Of a stretch of 64,000 nucleotides of DNA, positions 28,959 through 37,943 are shown piece by piece. Position 1 is the stretch's first letter; each line of letters opens with the position of its first letter. A program made the position numbers and the translations under genes. Below the pieces are notes generated by a model. It saw only the letters and a list, made by a program, of their open reading frames with translations. It made no database searches and had not been told where the DNA came from. The DNA lies in contig JAIBCC010000003.1 of the NCBI GenBank assembly GCA_019694395.1, positions 1 through 64,000 of the forward strand. The letters are read 5' to 3'. This stretch comes from Pyrinomonadaceae bacterium. GTDB lineage: Bacteria > Acidobacteriota > Blastocatellia > Pyrinomonadales > Pyrinomonadaceae.

Positions 28959-29303
28959 CTAAATTTCTTCAACAATTGATTCACCTTCGGAAAAATCGCC
29001 GCTCGTCCATTGCCATTTTTCGTGCAGACGGATTTTTCCGTTCGGCAGAATTTCCGGCGTGGAAAGACATTTTCCCGTCATTATTTCGCCGCTCGTATTT
29101 ACGTGCTGATAACGCATATCAAGCGAATCATCGTCCAAAACTTTCGCCATAATTTGCCCGAAAGCAATTTTGCCGCCCGAATATGTTCCGGTCACAACGT
29201 CCAAATTGTGAAAATAATAAAAGACGGTTTGGCTTCCAACTTCGCCGTTGTCAGAGTTGGAAATTGATTTAAAAAGTCGGTTGTTGTAATTGATTCTATC
29301 CAT
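28959..29303 (-). CDS. Small hypothetical protein (114 aa), partner of the SUKH-like gene
   Basis: ORF overlaps the start of the upstream gene by 8 nt. Its 3'-terminal ~40 nt are duplicated at 29860-29900. Confidence 0.5.
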   Translation of the reverse strand: MDRINYNNRLFKSISNSDNGEVGSQTVFYYFHNLDVVTGTYSGGKIAFGQIMAKVLDDDSLDMRYQHVNTSGEIMTGKCLSTPEILPNGKIRLHEKWQWTSGDFSEGESIVEEI

Positions 29304-29790
29304 TAATTTTTTGGTATAATTTTGCCCTGCCTTTCACATCTGCCAGAATTGTTTCAGTAAAAGTTCCTATTATTTTTGGCATTTCATTACCAGATGATTC
29401 AGTAAAAAACCAAACTTCGGGGTTTTCACTTTTTTTAGGTAATTCAAACCACATAGCCACATAACCTTGATGAAGAAAATATACAAGATAACTGTCGGGC
29501 AAAATGAAATCAATGTTATTTTCAGCAAGTAATTCAGGAAGATATTTTGTGTTTTCAATAACATTACCAAAAAAAACTTCGCTGCCAATGAAAATACTGT
29601 TATCTTTCCCCATAAATCTTAGATATTCTTTATAAGCAAGCGGAAACTGAAATCCGAAATAGTTTTCTAAATAATTTATTTCTGAATCTGAACATCCATT
29701 TGGTTTTCCATTGTAAGGTTGGATAAATTCTTCGTAAAACTCTATTAATTCTGCTAAATAATTGAATTCCATATAATTCATCATCATCAA
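29296..29790 (-). CDS. SUKH-1 (Smi1/Knr4)-like immunity-family protein
   Basis: ORF of 164 aa. SDSEINYLENYFGFQFPLAYKEYLRFMG matches the SMI1/KNR4 core pattern (l-e-e-I-x-x-l-E-x-x-l-g-x-x-L-P-x-x-Y-k-e-f-L). Confidence 0.55.
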   Translation of the reverse strand: MMMMNYMEFNYLAELIEFYEEFIQPYNGKPNGCSDSEINYLENYFGFQFPLAYKEYLRFMGKDNSIFIGSEVFFGNVIENTKYLPELLAENNIDFILPDSYLVYFLHQGYVAMWFELPKKSENPEVWFFTESSGNEMPKIIGTFTETILADVKGRAKLYQKING

Positions 29791-29854
29791 TCTTCGCCAA
29801 TTTCCGCATTTTACTACTTACCAAATCATACGAAAAACCTTGTCTGAGCAAATA

Positions 29855-29990
29855 ATCATAAAATTAAGTTCCAAATTTCTTCAACCTATTGATTCGCCGC
29901 TATTTGTAGCTTGATTCTTTGCGCTGCATATTTTAGGAATTACGCCGGGCGATTTAATTTGTCCGCCTTTCTCCAATTTATCCGCATATA
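29855..29990 (-). pseudogene. Decayed 3'-end remnant of a paralog of the 28959-29303 gene
   Basis: aaattaagttccaaatttcttcaacctattgattcgcc at 29860-29897 is a near copy of the 3' end and downstream flank of the 114-aa gene at 28949-28987. The remnant encodes ...TNSGESIG* with no intact ORF. Confidence 0.45.
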
Positions 29991-30039
29991 CCTACGAAAT
30001 CAGTTTTTGGATATTAAAGAGGAGAAAATCATTTAATCT

Positions 30040-30630
30040 ATGAACAATAAACCACAAAGCCGCAAAACAAATGTAGTTGTGCAGGAATTTGAAAAAGAAA
30101 TTTTAATTTATGATTTAAATATCAACAAAGCCTTTTGTTTGAACCACACCTCCGCACTGGTTTATGAGCTTTGTGATGGTAAACATTCTATTGCCGAAAT
30201 CAGCGAAAAAATCAGTCGGAAACTAAAAACTGAGGTCAGCGAGGATTTTGTCCGGTTGGCGTTAGAAGAATTAAGAAAAAATGATCTGCTAGAAGGAAGT
30301 GCAGATAATATTTCGCTATTGGCGGGAAAGAACAGACGTGAAATGATTAGAAAAATCGGATTGACTTCGATGTTAGCTTTACCTCTCATCTCATCAATCA
30401 TTGCTCCAACTGCCGCTAACGCTCAATCCAATGTGACTTGTCTTCCGGTTGGTCCTTGTCTTGCCGCCGGAACTCTGCTTTGTCCGCCGGGCTGCACTCA
30501 GGTTCTATCCGGTTTTAGCTATACTTCAACAAATGGAACCTGCACAGTTCAATCTTCCGGATTACAAACCGTTGACTGTTCCGTTTTACCGCAAGGAGTT
30601 TTATCTGCTGTTGATATTAGATTGGTATAG
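30040..30630 (+). CDS. PqqD-like (RiPP-recognition-element-like) domain fused to a signal-peptide-like segment and a 7-Cys C-terminal module
   Basis: Residues about 25-85 (KAFCLNHTSALVYELCDGKHSIAEISEKISRKLKTEVSEDFVRLALEELRKNDLLE) fit the PqqD family pattern. An in-frame internal ATG at 30343 begins MIRKIGLTSMLALPLISSIIAPTAANAQ. From about 30424 the Cys-rich segment follows: SNVTCLPVGPCLAAGTLLCPPGCTQ...CTVQ...DCSV. Confidence 0.5.
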   Translation: MNNKPQSRKTNVVVQEFEKEILIYDLNINKAFCLNHTSALVYELCDGKHSIAEISEKISRKLKTEVSEDFVRLALEELRKNDLLEGSADNISLLAGKNRREMIRKIGLTSMLALPLISSIIAPTAANAQSNVTCLPVGPCLAAGTLLCPPGCTQVLSGFSYTSTNGTCTVQSSGLQTVDCSVLPQGVLSAVDIRLV

Positions 30631-30769
30631 AGTTACACCGTTAAGCGATAAACAATATCTTATAAGACTTTTAGGAGATTTGCCTTGAAAATCTTTGCGC
30701 CTTTTATCGCTTAGTGGCTTTGAATAAGAACTACTTTTGATACCGGACAACTTGGGTTAAAATTGGCGA

Positions 30770-31159
30770 ATGACTGACACATTAAATCATTGGCACAAAT
30801 TTGTCGAAACCCAAGACGCATCAATTTTGAATGAAATTTTAGCAGACGACGTTCAATTTCACTCGCCTTTTGTCTGGAAACCAAAGTCCGGCAAAGCAAT
30901 TACAACCATAATTTTGACCACCGTGACAAAGGTCTTTAAGGAATTTCGCTATGTCCGCCAAATCCTGGACGGGAATAATTGGGCATTGGAATTTGAAGCC
31001 AAAATCGGCGAACTAACATTGCGCGGAGTTGATTTGATTAAATGGAACGATGCCGGACAAATTATTGATTTTGAAGTGATGGTTCGTCCGGCAAATGCTC
31101 TGCAAGCGTTGGGAATGGAAATGGGCAGACGATTGGAACAAATTGGAAAAACTTCTTAA
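30770..31159 (+). CDS. SnoaL/NTF2-like small protein
   Basis: ORF of 129 aa. The sequence pattern (WHKFVETQDASILNEILADDVQFHSPF...) is typical of SnoaL-like polyketide cyclase / NTF2 folds. Confidence 0.5.
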   Translation: MTDTLNHWHKFVETQDASILNEILADDVQFHSPFVWKPKSGKAITTIILTTVTKVFKEFRYVRQILDGNNWALEFEAKIGELTLRGVDLIKWNDAGQIIDFEVMVRPANALQALGMEMGRRLEQIGKTS

Positions 31160-31160
31160 C

Positions 31161-31270
31161 GCAAAGCCGCAAAGAGTGAAAGGCGCAAAGATAAGAAAGT
31201 TAGAACATTTTTCTTGTTTTTGTCATTTTGTTTTCCCTTTGCGTCTTTGCATCTTCGCGTCTTTGCCTTG
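31161..31270. repeat. Imperfect palindrome whose arms are GCAAAG/CTTTGC hexamer arrays
   Basis: Left arm gcaaagccgcaaagagtgaaaggcgcaaagataagaaag. Right arm ccctttgcgtctttgcatcttcgcgtctttgccttg. It lies between convergent genes, abutting the stop of 30770-31159 and the stop of the helicase fragment. Confidence 0.55.
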
Positions 31271-31279
31271 AAAAAATCT

Positions 31280-32173
31280 CTATCTTCTTCGTCTTTCCCG
31301 AAAGCTTCGATTTTCGTAATCACGCTTTTTGCTGAACTGCTCAATTTCAGCGTTATATTTTCCTTCATCGTTGAATAGCGGATAAAGCTGAAAACCGGGC
31401 GAAATAAAGGCGGCGCGAAGCGGAACGGGACGCGAACCGGCGCGATTAATGACCCGAACTTTAACGCCGCGAACTTCTTCGATCCATTGAGCAAATTCTT
31501 CGGCGTTTCCAACCGTTGCCGAGAGCAAAAGCAAACGGATTCGCGGCGGACTCAAAATAATTGCTTCTTCCCAAACGTGTCCGCGATCCTGATCTGCCAA
31601 ATAATGCGCTTCGTCCAAAATGACAAAATCCGTGCGGACTTGTTCACCGGTGCGGAGTGCATCAAACAATTGATTGCGATAGATTTCTGTTGTGCCGACA
31701 ATTAAGGGCGCATTGGCATTTTCTTTACGGTCGCCCGTCAAAATCCCGACATTTTCCGCTCCGAATTCCTGAGAAAATTCCAAATATTTTGAATTGGTCA
31801 GAGCCTTGAGCGGCGTGGTATACCAGGCACGTTTGCCGTCTGCCAGCAAACGGCGAATTTCTTCGCGGGCGATCCAGGTTTTTCCGCTTCCGGTTGGTGC
31901 TGTTACCAAAACATCCTCTTTGTTAATGGCGTTGAGAGCTTCGATTTGAAATTGGTCGGGAACTAATGGAGTCGGTTCAGGCGTGCCGATTCCTTCGAGC
32001 AATTTTTCAACCTGCTGCTTATGCGAAGCAGTAAAAACGGGCTGACGAAATTCATTGAAACTTTCACCCGCAAGTTCACGTTTGAAATTTCGTTCATTTC
32101 GACGATTAGTGTTGGAACGTGCCTTTTTGTCATTTCTCCAACCGCTTTTTGAACTTTTACGAGGACGCGACAT
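31280..32173 (-). CDS. DEAD/DEAH-box (Ski2/Lhr-like) helicase N-terminal RecA1 domain only, apparently truncated
   Basis: Motif I APTGSGKT, motif II DEAH and motif III SAT are present. The ORF ends after 297 aa with no helicase-C motifs (IV-VI, QxxGRxGR) in any frame downstream. Confidence 0.55.
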   Translation of the reverse strand: MSRPRKSSKSGWRNDKKARSNTNRRNERNFKRELAGESFNEFRQPVFTASHKQQVEKLLEGIGTPEPTPLVPDQFQIEALNAINKEDVLVTAPTGSGKTWIAREEIRRLLADGKRAWYTTPLKALTNSKYLEFSQEFGAENVGILTGDRKENANAPLIVGTTEIYRNQLFDALRTGEQVRTDFVILDEAHYLADQDRGHVWEEAIILSPPRIRLLLLSATVGNAEEFAQWIEEVRGVKVRVINRAGSRPVPLRAAFISPGFQLYPLFNDEGKYNAEIEQFSKKRDYENRSFRERRRR

Positions 32174-32341
32174 ATTTGAGATGTTAAATTGTTGAACGGT
32201 AAATGTCTAATCCTTTAATTTGAAAGACAAAAATGATAAAATATTTAGTTTCTTTGTCAACATTTTTTTGTTTTTATACATCTTAGTTAGACGGAGAAGT
32301 TTTTTACCTAAAATTTTATTGAATTTATTTTTTATACGGTT

Positions 32342-33658
32342 ATGGAAGAGAAAGAACTTTTTGAGAATTACGAACATAAAGTTTGGGAATGGACACCCCA
32401 GCTTTACAAACTTATTGCCCTCGCTACGACTGTAAATTTATTGGGAATTATGGTTCTCAGTCAATTTAATATTTTCAGCACTCGCGGCTGTGATACTCCG
32501 TATGTCGGAATCGTCTGCCAAGCGATGGATTCTGCCTATATTGCTTCTGTTTTTTATGGAAAAGGTTTTGAAGCAGATAGCAGAGCATACGAAAAAACTG
32601 AAATTAGTGATGATGAAGTAGTGACAATTATTGATGTTACAGATCAGTTAAAATATCCTGACGGTTATTTTGCATTGGCTAATCCTGAAACGAGTTCTGA
32701 AAATCCGACAATTGGTGATTCACTTCCAAACTCTTTTGATTCAGCTAATCCTCTTGGAACTACTCAAAGTAATAAGCCTGATGGCGTTTTGCCGCCGCAA
32801 GTTCTTCCGACTCCAAATAAAAGTGTAAGCGGTCAAGAAGATATTGATTCTCCATTTAGGCAAGATGATGTCAAGAAATCAAATTTTCCACCAGTTGCAA
32901 AAGGCGGCACACCTAAACCTCAAAAACATAATCCGATTATGTCGAATGAGTCTCCGAAAAAACTTGATTTGGGAGATAAAACTGCAACCAAACAAACTCC
33001 TAAACCAACTCCATCGCCTACTCCACAAGACCCAGGAACAGCGAAAGAGGAATTTAATGAAAAATTCAATAAAAAGCCTTTGCAGGATTTTGCAGATGGA
33101 GTTCTTGCCAAACTTGATAGTCCAAAACCGGAAGATAAAGTTGATTTGACACAGAACTTTACAGTTGTTTTAGACGGAACTTTAACTAAAGAAGGTAAAT
33201 TTGACAAAGAAAAGACAAGGTTTGATAAAAATAAACTTTTGGGTAATCCGCAAATGGTTAATCTTGCCAAAAGTGCAATTGAAGCAATGGGAGACAGCAA
33301 TTTGTTTAGCTATTTGCAAGCACTTGGAGTTGACAGAGTAAACATTACCTTGGTGCAAGATGATAAACAAATTTCGGCAATCATTAAATCAAATCAGCCT
33401 ACAGAAGAGAAAGCTAGAACCATTTCCAGCGGTTTCAATGGCATTATTGCCGTTGCAAATATGAATACAAAAGATGATGCCGATGTTCAAGCCTTACTTA
33501 AAGCAACTAAATTTAGTGCTGAAGGGAAAACTTTTGTGATAAATTTCTCAATACCTAAAGACCAAGGACATCAACTAATTGATAAAAAATTAGGAGAAGC
33601 ACGCCAAAAAAAGCTGCAACCCAACAGCAATGAAGTAACTAAACCTGACGCTAAATAA
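32342..33658 (+). CDS. Membrane-anchored protein with Pro/Thr/Lys-rich linker and a C-terminal ~180-aa domain shared with the next gene
   Basis: TM near the N-terminus (LYKLIALATTVNLLGIMVLSQF) and a low-complexity linker (TPKPTPSPTPQDPGT). The C-terminal KPLQDFADGVLAKLD...SSGFNGIIAVANMN...FVINFSIPK aligns with 33664-34299. Confidence 0.55.
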   Translation: MEEKELFENYEHKVWEWTPQLYKLIALATTVNLLGIMVLSQFNIFSTRGCDTPYVGIVCQAMDSAYIASVFYGKGFEADSRAYEKTEISDDEVVTIIDVTDQLKYPDGYFALANPETSSENPTIGDSLPNSFDSANPLGTTQSNKPDGVLPPQVLPTPNKSVSGQEDIDSPFRQDDVKKSNFPPVAKGGTPKPQKHNPIMSNESPKKLDLGDKTATKQTPKPTPSPTPQDPGTAKEEFNEKFNKKPLQDFADGVLAKLDSPKPEDKVDLTQNFTVVLDGTLTKEGKFDKEKTRFDKNKLLGNPQMVNLAKSAIEAMGDSNLFSYLQALGVDRVNITLVQDDKQISAIIKSNQPTEEKARTISSGFNGIIAVANMNTKDDADVQALLKATKFSAEGKTFVINFSIPKDQGHQLIDKKLGEARQKKLQPNSNEVTKPDAK

Positions 33659-33663
33659 GCGAA

Positions 33664-34299
33664 ATGAAATGTTTTAGTCTGAAATTCCTGTCAATTTTGA
33701 GTTGCCTGATGATTTTGGCAACTCTTTCAATCTTTGGACAAGAAGATGTTAAGCCCACTTTTAATAAAGCACCGTTAAAAGATTTTGCTGACAGCGTAAT
33801 TTCACAAATTGACAATAAAACTCTTGATTTGGATAAGCCTTTTTCGATTACTGTGGAAGGTTATTTGACCAAAGATGGAAGATTAGATGTAAAGCGAACA
33901 CGAATCACCAAATCGGAAGGCAATAGGCAAATGGTGGAGATTGCCAAACAAGTTGTTGAAGCGGTTAGTGATTCGAATATTCTTTTGTATTTGCAGCAGC
34001 TTGGCGTTGAAAAACTCAAAATAAATCTTTCGCAGGATGAAAAGAACATTTCAGCAACTTTAACTTCTGAAATGCTTAATGAAAATCGCGCAAAAACTGT
34101 TGTTAGTGGGTTCAACGGTTTATTTCTTATTGCTAGGATGAATGAAAAAAATGAAGATACAAAAATCTTGCTTAATTCGACAAAATACTCATCCCAATCT
34201 AACAATTTCATTCTAAATTTTGTCCTTCCAAAAGAAGAAGCGCATCGAATGTTAAAAAACGAACTTCAAAAGCGCAAAGAAAAAAGTTATAGTAATTAA
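33664..34299 (+). CDS. Secreted paralog (211 aa) of the C-terminal domain of the upstream gene
   Basis: Signal peptide, then APLKDFADSVISQID...VSGFNGLFLIARMN...FILNFVLPK, colinear with the C-terminal domain of 32342-33658. Confidence 0.55.
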   Translation: MKCFSLKFLSILSCLMILATLSIFGQEDVKPTFNKAPLKDFADSVISQIDNKTLDLDKPFSITVEGYLTKDGRLDVKRTRITKSEGNRQMVEIAKQVVEAVSDSNILLYLQQLGVEKLKINLSQDEKNISATLTSEMLNENRAKTVVSGFNGLFLIARMNEKNEDTKILLNSTKYSSQSNNFILNFVLPKEEAHRMLKNELQKRKEKSYSN

Positions 34300-34312
34300 G
34301 GCAAGTTAAACG

Positions 34313-34900
34313 ATGAGCAATCGTAAGAACTACAATTCAATCCTTTTTCTGACCGTCTATCTCGGCTTGGTGCTGGTTGGCGGAAGCTCGCAGGTGTTTG
34401 CTCACGCCGCGACCAATTCGCTTTTTGATCTTCGTAATGAGATTGAATTTAAGGAAGATTTAGATAATAAGCCTGATGATTCTTGCGCCGAATCAAAAGC
34501 ACAAATTGATGAACATGATATTCAGTTCGTTGAAGAATACGCTAAGTTAATTTCGGCTGTCTTAAAAAGAACTCCATCTGAAATTAATTTTGAAATATTA
34601 GGCGGAATTGACCTGCAAGAGTTTCCGTCATTAAGAAAAGAACTTTCAATTAATTTCTTCCAATTAAAAGCTAACAAAGATGGACTTTTAAGTAAATTAA
34701 ATTTTACTCCTGGTGAAATTAAAAGAACAACGCATTTTCTTTTATCGTTTAATCAGGTTCTAAATTTCCAAAGTTGTAAGTCACAAAATTCCCCTGAAAA
34801 ATTAATTTACGAAAACACCAAAGTTTCAACCGTAAACAATCAAGTTTTCATCGTTACCCGTTTGCCTCGTGCCTCAATAGATTCACTGCTAAAACAGTAA
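34313..34900 (+). CDS. Secreted hypothetical protein (195 aa)
   Basis: Signal peptide. No recognisable family. Start is 14 bp after the previous gene. Confidence 0.45.
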   Translation: MSNRKNYNSILFLTVYLGLVLVGGSSQVFAHAATNSLFDLRNEIEFKEDLDNKPDDSCAESKAQIDEHDIQFVEEYAKLISAVLKRTPSEINFEILGGIDLQEFPSLRKELSINFFQLKANKDGLLSKLNFTPGEIKRTTHFLLSFNQVLNFQSCKSQNSPEKLIYENTKVSTVNNQVFIVTRLPRASIDSLLKQ

Positions 34901-35027
34901 TTTTTTTACGACAGATAGCAGTGAGCAGTCTTTCTGTTTTCCTATAAAATTTAAGATTTTACCGCAGTTGTTGGTTTGAGCATTTTTACTGCTCACTGCT
35001 CACCGACCACTGCCCACTATTAAAACA

Positions 35028-37829
35028 ATGAATTTCGCAGATAAATTTTTAACTAAAATCTTTGGGAGTGAAAATGACCGCTTCCTGAAAAAAATCCAAC
35101 CGATTATTGATCATATCAACAGTTTAGAGCCGGGTTTGCAAAAACTTTCCGATGACGAACTCCGTGAACGGACTTTCCGATTTAAGGAACAAGTTGCCAG
35201 AGGTTTGGAAGGCATCACCGACAAAGAGCAACGCCGCAAAAAAGAACAGGAAATTTTGAACGACCTTTTGCCTGAAGCGTTCGCAACTGTCCGCGAAGGC
35301 TCGCGCCGTGTGACGGGAATGCGCCACTTTGACGTGCAATTGATCGGCGGCTTGGTTTTGCACCAGGGCAAAATTGCTGAAATGAGAACGGGTGAAGGTA
35401 AAACATTGGTTTCAACTTTGCCCGCTTATTTGAACGCGCTGACCGGACGCGGCGTTCACGTTGTGACCGTCAACGACTACCTTGCCTCGCGCGACGCAGA
35501 ATGGATGGGCAGAATTCACCGCTTTTTGGGTTTGACCGTTGGTTGTATCCAGAACAATATGGACGATTATGAACGGCTCGAACAATACAATTCTGATATT
35601 ACTTACGGAACGAACAACGAATTCGGTTTTGACTACTTGCGCGATAATATGAAATTCGATCCCGATCAGCTCGTCCAAAAACGCGGTCATTATTTTGCCA
35701 TCGTGGATGAAGTTGACTCGATTTTGATTGACGAAGCGCGGACTCCGTTGATCATTTCCGGCGCGTCGGACGAAGCCACCGACAAATATTTTGTGGCTAA
35801 CGAAATCATTCCGAAACTCGAACGCGGTCACAAAGACGAAGAAACCAAAGTCACGACCGGCGATTATCTTTTGGACGAAAAAAATCATTCAGCAGTTTTG
35901 ACCGAACAAGGCGTGATGAAAGCCGAAAGACTTTTAGGGGTTGGAAACCTTTACGATCCGGCAAATATGGAACTGCTCCATTGCGTTGAACAGGCTTTGA
36001 AAGCGCACACTCTTTACAAACTCGACCACCATTACGTTGTCCAAAACGGCGAAGTTATTATCGTTGATGATTTTACCGGACGTTTGATGGAAGGTCGCCG
36101 CTGGTCGGACGGTTTGCACCAGGCAGTTGAAGCCAAAGAAGGCGTAACAATCGAACGCGAAAACCAGACTTTGGCGACGATCACCCTGCAAAATTATTTC
36201 CGTATGTATGAAAAACTCGGCGGAATGACAGGAACGGCGGAAACTGAAGCTGCCGAATTTGCTGCAACTTATAATCTGGATGTCATTATTATTCCAACCA
36301 ATCGCTCGATGATTCGGAAAGATAATCCTGATGTCATTTACCGCACTTTACCCGAAAAATGGGACGCTACCGCCGCCGAAATCAAAGATTGCTACGAACG
36401 CGGTCAACCCGTTCTGGTCGGAACGGTTTCGGTTGAAAACTCGGAAAAAATTTCGGCAATGCTGACCAAAATGGGCATCAAGCACAATGTTTTGAACGCG
36501 AAATATCACGAACGCGAAGCCGAAATCGTTGCTCAAGCCGGACGCAAAGGCGCGATCACGATTGCAACCAATATGGCTGGACGCGGAACGGACATTCTTT
36601 TGGGCGGAAACCCGGAATTTTTGGCGCGAGAGTTTCTGAAAAAACAGGAAATCAATCCTGACGAAGCCACGCCTGAACAATTTGAAGAAGAGCTGCGTAA
36701 AGCCGAAAGAATCGTTAAAGAGGAACACGAAGAAGTCGTCAAGCTCGGCGGCTTGCACATCATCGGCACGGAACGTCACGAATCACGCCGGATTGACAAC
36801 CAGCTTCGCGGACGCGCCGGACGGCAAGGTGACCCCGGTTCATCGCGTTTTGTGCTCTCGCTCGAAGACGATCTGATGCGGATTTTTGCGGGCGATAAAG
36901 TTCGTTCGATGATGGAATGGCTCGGAATGGAAAACGGCGTGGCGATTGAATCCAAAACTGTTTCCAAACAGATCGAACGCGCTCAAAAAGCGGTCGAAGC
37001 CCGTAACTTTGAAACGCGTAAACACGTTCTGAAATATGACGACGTGATGAACAAACAACGCGAAACGATTTACGGTCTGCGCCGTCAATTAATGGAACAA
37101 CCCGAACATCGTGAATATTTGTTAGGCGAACAGGGCGTAGCGCGTGACCTTTTGCAGGATTTGACCGAAATGTATTTGAGCCAAAAGGTCAAACCCGAAG
37201 AATGGGATGTTGAAACTTACGCAGCGGAAATTTCCAGCGTTTATGCGGTTGATCCGGCGGTTGATGCCAATGTTGATTTCAAACGGATGAATCCGCAACA
37301 AATCGAAGAAGCGATCTGGAGAACTGCTAGCGAAAGATATGATGAAAAAGAAAAATTGGTCGGTTCAGAAGCCCTGCGCGGTTACGAACGCTACATTATG
37401 CTCAACATCATTGACTCACAATGGAAAGACCATTTGCTTTCGATTGACCATTTGAAACAAGGCATCGGTTTGGTTGGCTACGGTCAAAAAGATCCGTTGG
37501 TTGAATACAAAAAACAATCGTTTGATATGTTTCAGGAAATGCTCGACCGCATTGACACCAACACGGCGCGTTCGCTTTTCAATCTCGAAGTCGTTGTCCG
37601 TGATGAACAGGAAGAAATCGAACGGCTCGAACGGCTTGAACGTCAACGTGCTCGTAAACAAGCGGCTGGAATGGCTTTCACCGGAGCATTTTCGGGAGCA
37701 GAAATGGCTGGCGAAGAACATAAAAAACACACTCCGTTCAAACGCGATCAACCGAAGGTGAAGCCAAACGATCCGTGTCATTGCGGCAGCGGCAAGAAAT
37801 TCAAAAAATGCCACGGCGCAGGAATTTAA
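35028..37829 (+). CDS. secA: Preprotein translocase ATPase SecA
   Basis: ORF of 933 aa with the Walker A region MRTGEGKTLV and the DEVD DEAD-like box. The C-terminal zinc finger CHCGSGKKFKKCHG is characteristic of SecA. Confidence 0.95.
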   Translation: MNFADKFLTKIFGSENDRFLKKIQPIIDHINSLEPGLQKLSDDELRERTFRFKEQVARGLEGITDKEQRRKKEQEILNDLLPEAFATVREGSRRVTGMRHFDVQLIGGLVLHQGKIAEMRTGEGKTLVSTLPAYLNALTGRGVHVVTVNDYLASRDAEWMGRIHRFLGLTVGCIQNNMDDYERLEQYNSDITYGTNNEFGFDYLRDNMKFDPDQLVQKRGHYFAIVDEVDSILIDEARTPLIISGASDEATDKYFVANEIIPKLERGHKDEETKVTTGDYLLDEKNHSAVLTEQGVMKAERLLGVGNLYDPANMELLHCVEQALKAHTLYKLDHHYVVQNGEVIIVDDFTGRLMEGRRWSDGLHQAVEAKEGVTIERENQTLATITLQNYFRMYEKLGGMTGTAETEAAEFAATYNLDVIIIPTNRSMIRKDNPDVIYRTLPEKWDATAAEIKDCYERGQPVLVGTVSVENSEKISAMLTKMGIKHNVLNAKYHEREAEIVAQAGRKGAITIATNMAGRGTDILLGGNPEFLAREFLKKQEINPDEATPEQFEEELRKAERIVKEEHEEVVKLGGLHIIGTERHESRRIDNQLRGRAGRQGDPGSSRFVLSLEDDLMRIFAGDKVRSMMEWLGMENGVAIESKTVSKQIERAQKAVEARNFETRKHVLKYDDVMNKQRETIYGLRRQLMEQPEHREYLLGEQGVARDLLQDLTEMYLSQKVKPEEWDVETYAAEISSVYAVDPAVDANVDFKRMNPQQIEEAIWRTASERYDEKEKLVGSEALRGYERYIMLNIIDSQWKDHLLSIDHLKQGIGLVGYGQKDPLVEYKKQSFDMFQEMLDRIDTNTARSLFNLEVVVRDEQEEIERLERLERQRARKQAAGMAFTGAFSGAEMAGEEHKKHTPFKRDQPKVKPNDPCHCGSGKKFKKCHGAGI

Positions 37830-37854
37830 AGTAAAAAGTAAAAAGTAAAAAGGC

Positions 37855-37895
37855 AAAAAGGCGAGAGTTTGAAAAGGCTTTCGTCTTTTTTCTTG
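37855..37895 (+). terminator. Rho-independent terminator after secA, preceded by a (GTAAAA)3 array
   Basis: aaaaaggcgagag / ctttcgtctttt stem with a tttgaaaagg loop, then a T-run. Shares the AAAAAGGCGAGAGTT word with the terminator at 38545-38584. Confidence 0.5.
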
Positions 37896-37943
37896 TCTTC
37901 TAAAAGATTACGAATTAAGATTTACTCGTTTCAAATTTAGAAT

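Noticed and set aside
29630-29851. 73-aa ORF overlapping the 5' end of the SUKH-like gene
   Set aside because: Alternative frame of a supported gene. The same region is instead explained by the SUKH ORF and the decayed cassette remnant.
31156-31512. 118-aa ORF overlapping the 3' part of the helicase fragment in another frame
   Set aside because: Overlaps the better-supported helicase frame. Its product is low-complexity and basic, and its 3' end runs through the GCAAAG repeat element.
32220-32435. 71-aa ORF upstream of and overlapping the 32342 gene
   Set aside because: AT-rich leader region. The frame overlaps the start of the supported downstream gene, and the product (FLFLYILVRRRSF...) has no features of a real protein.
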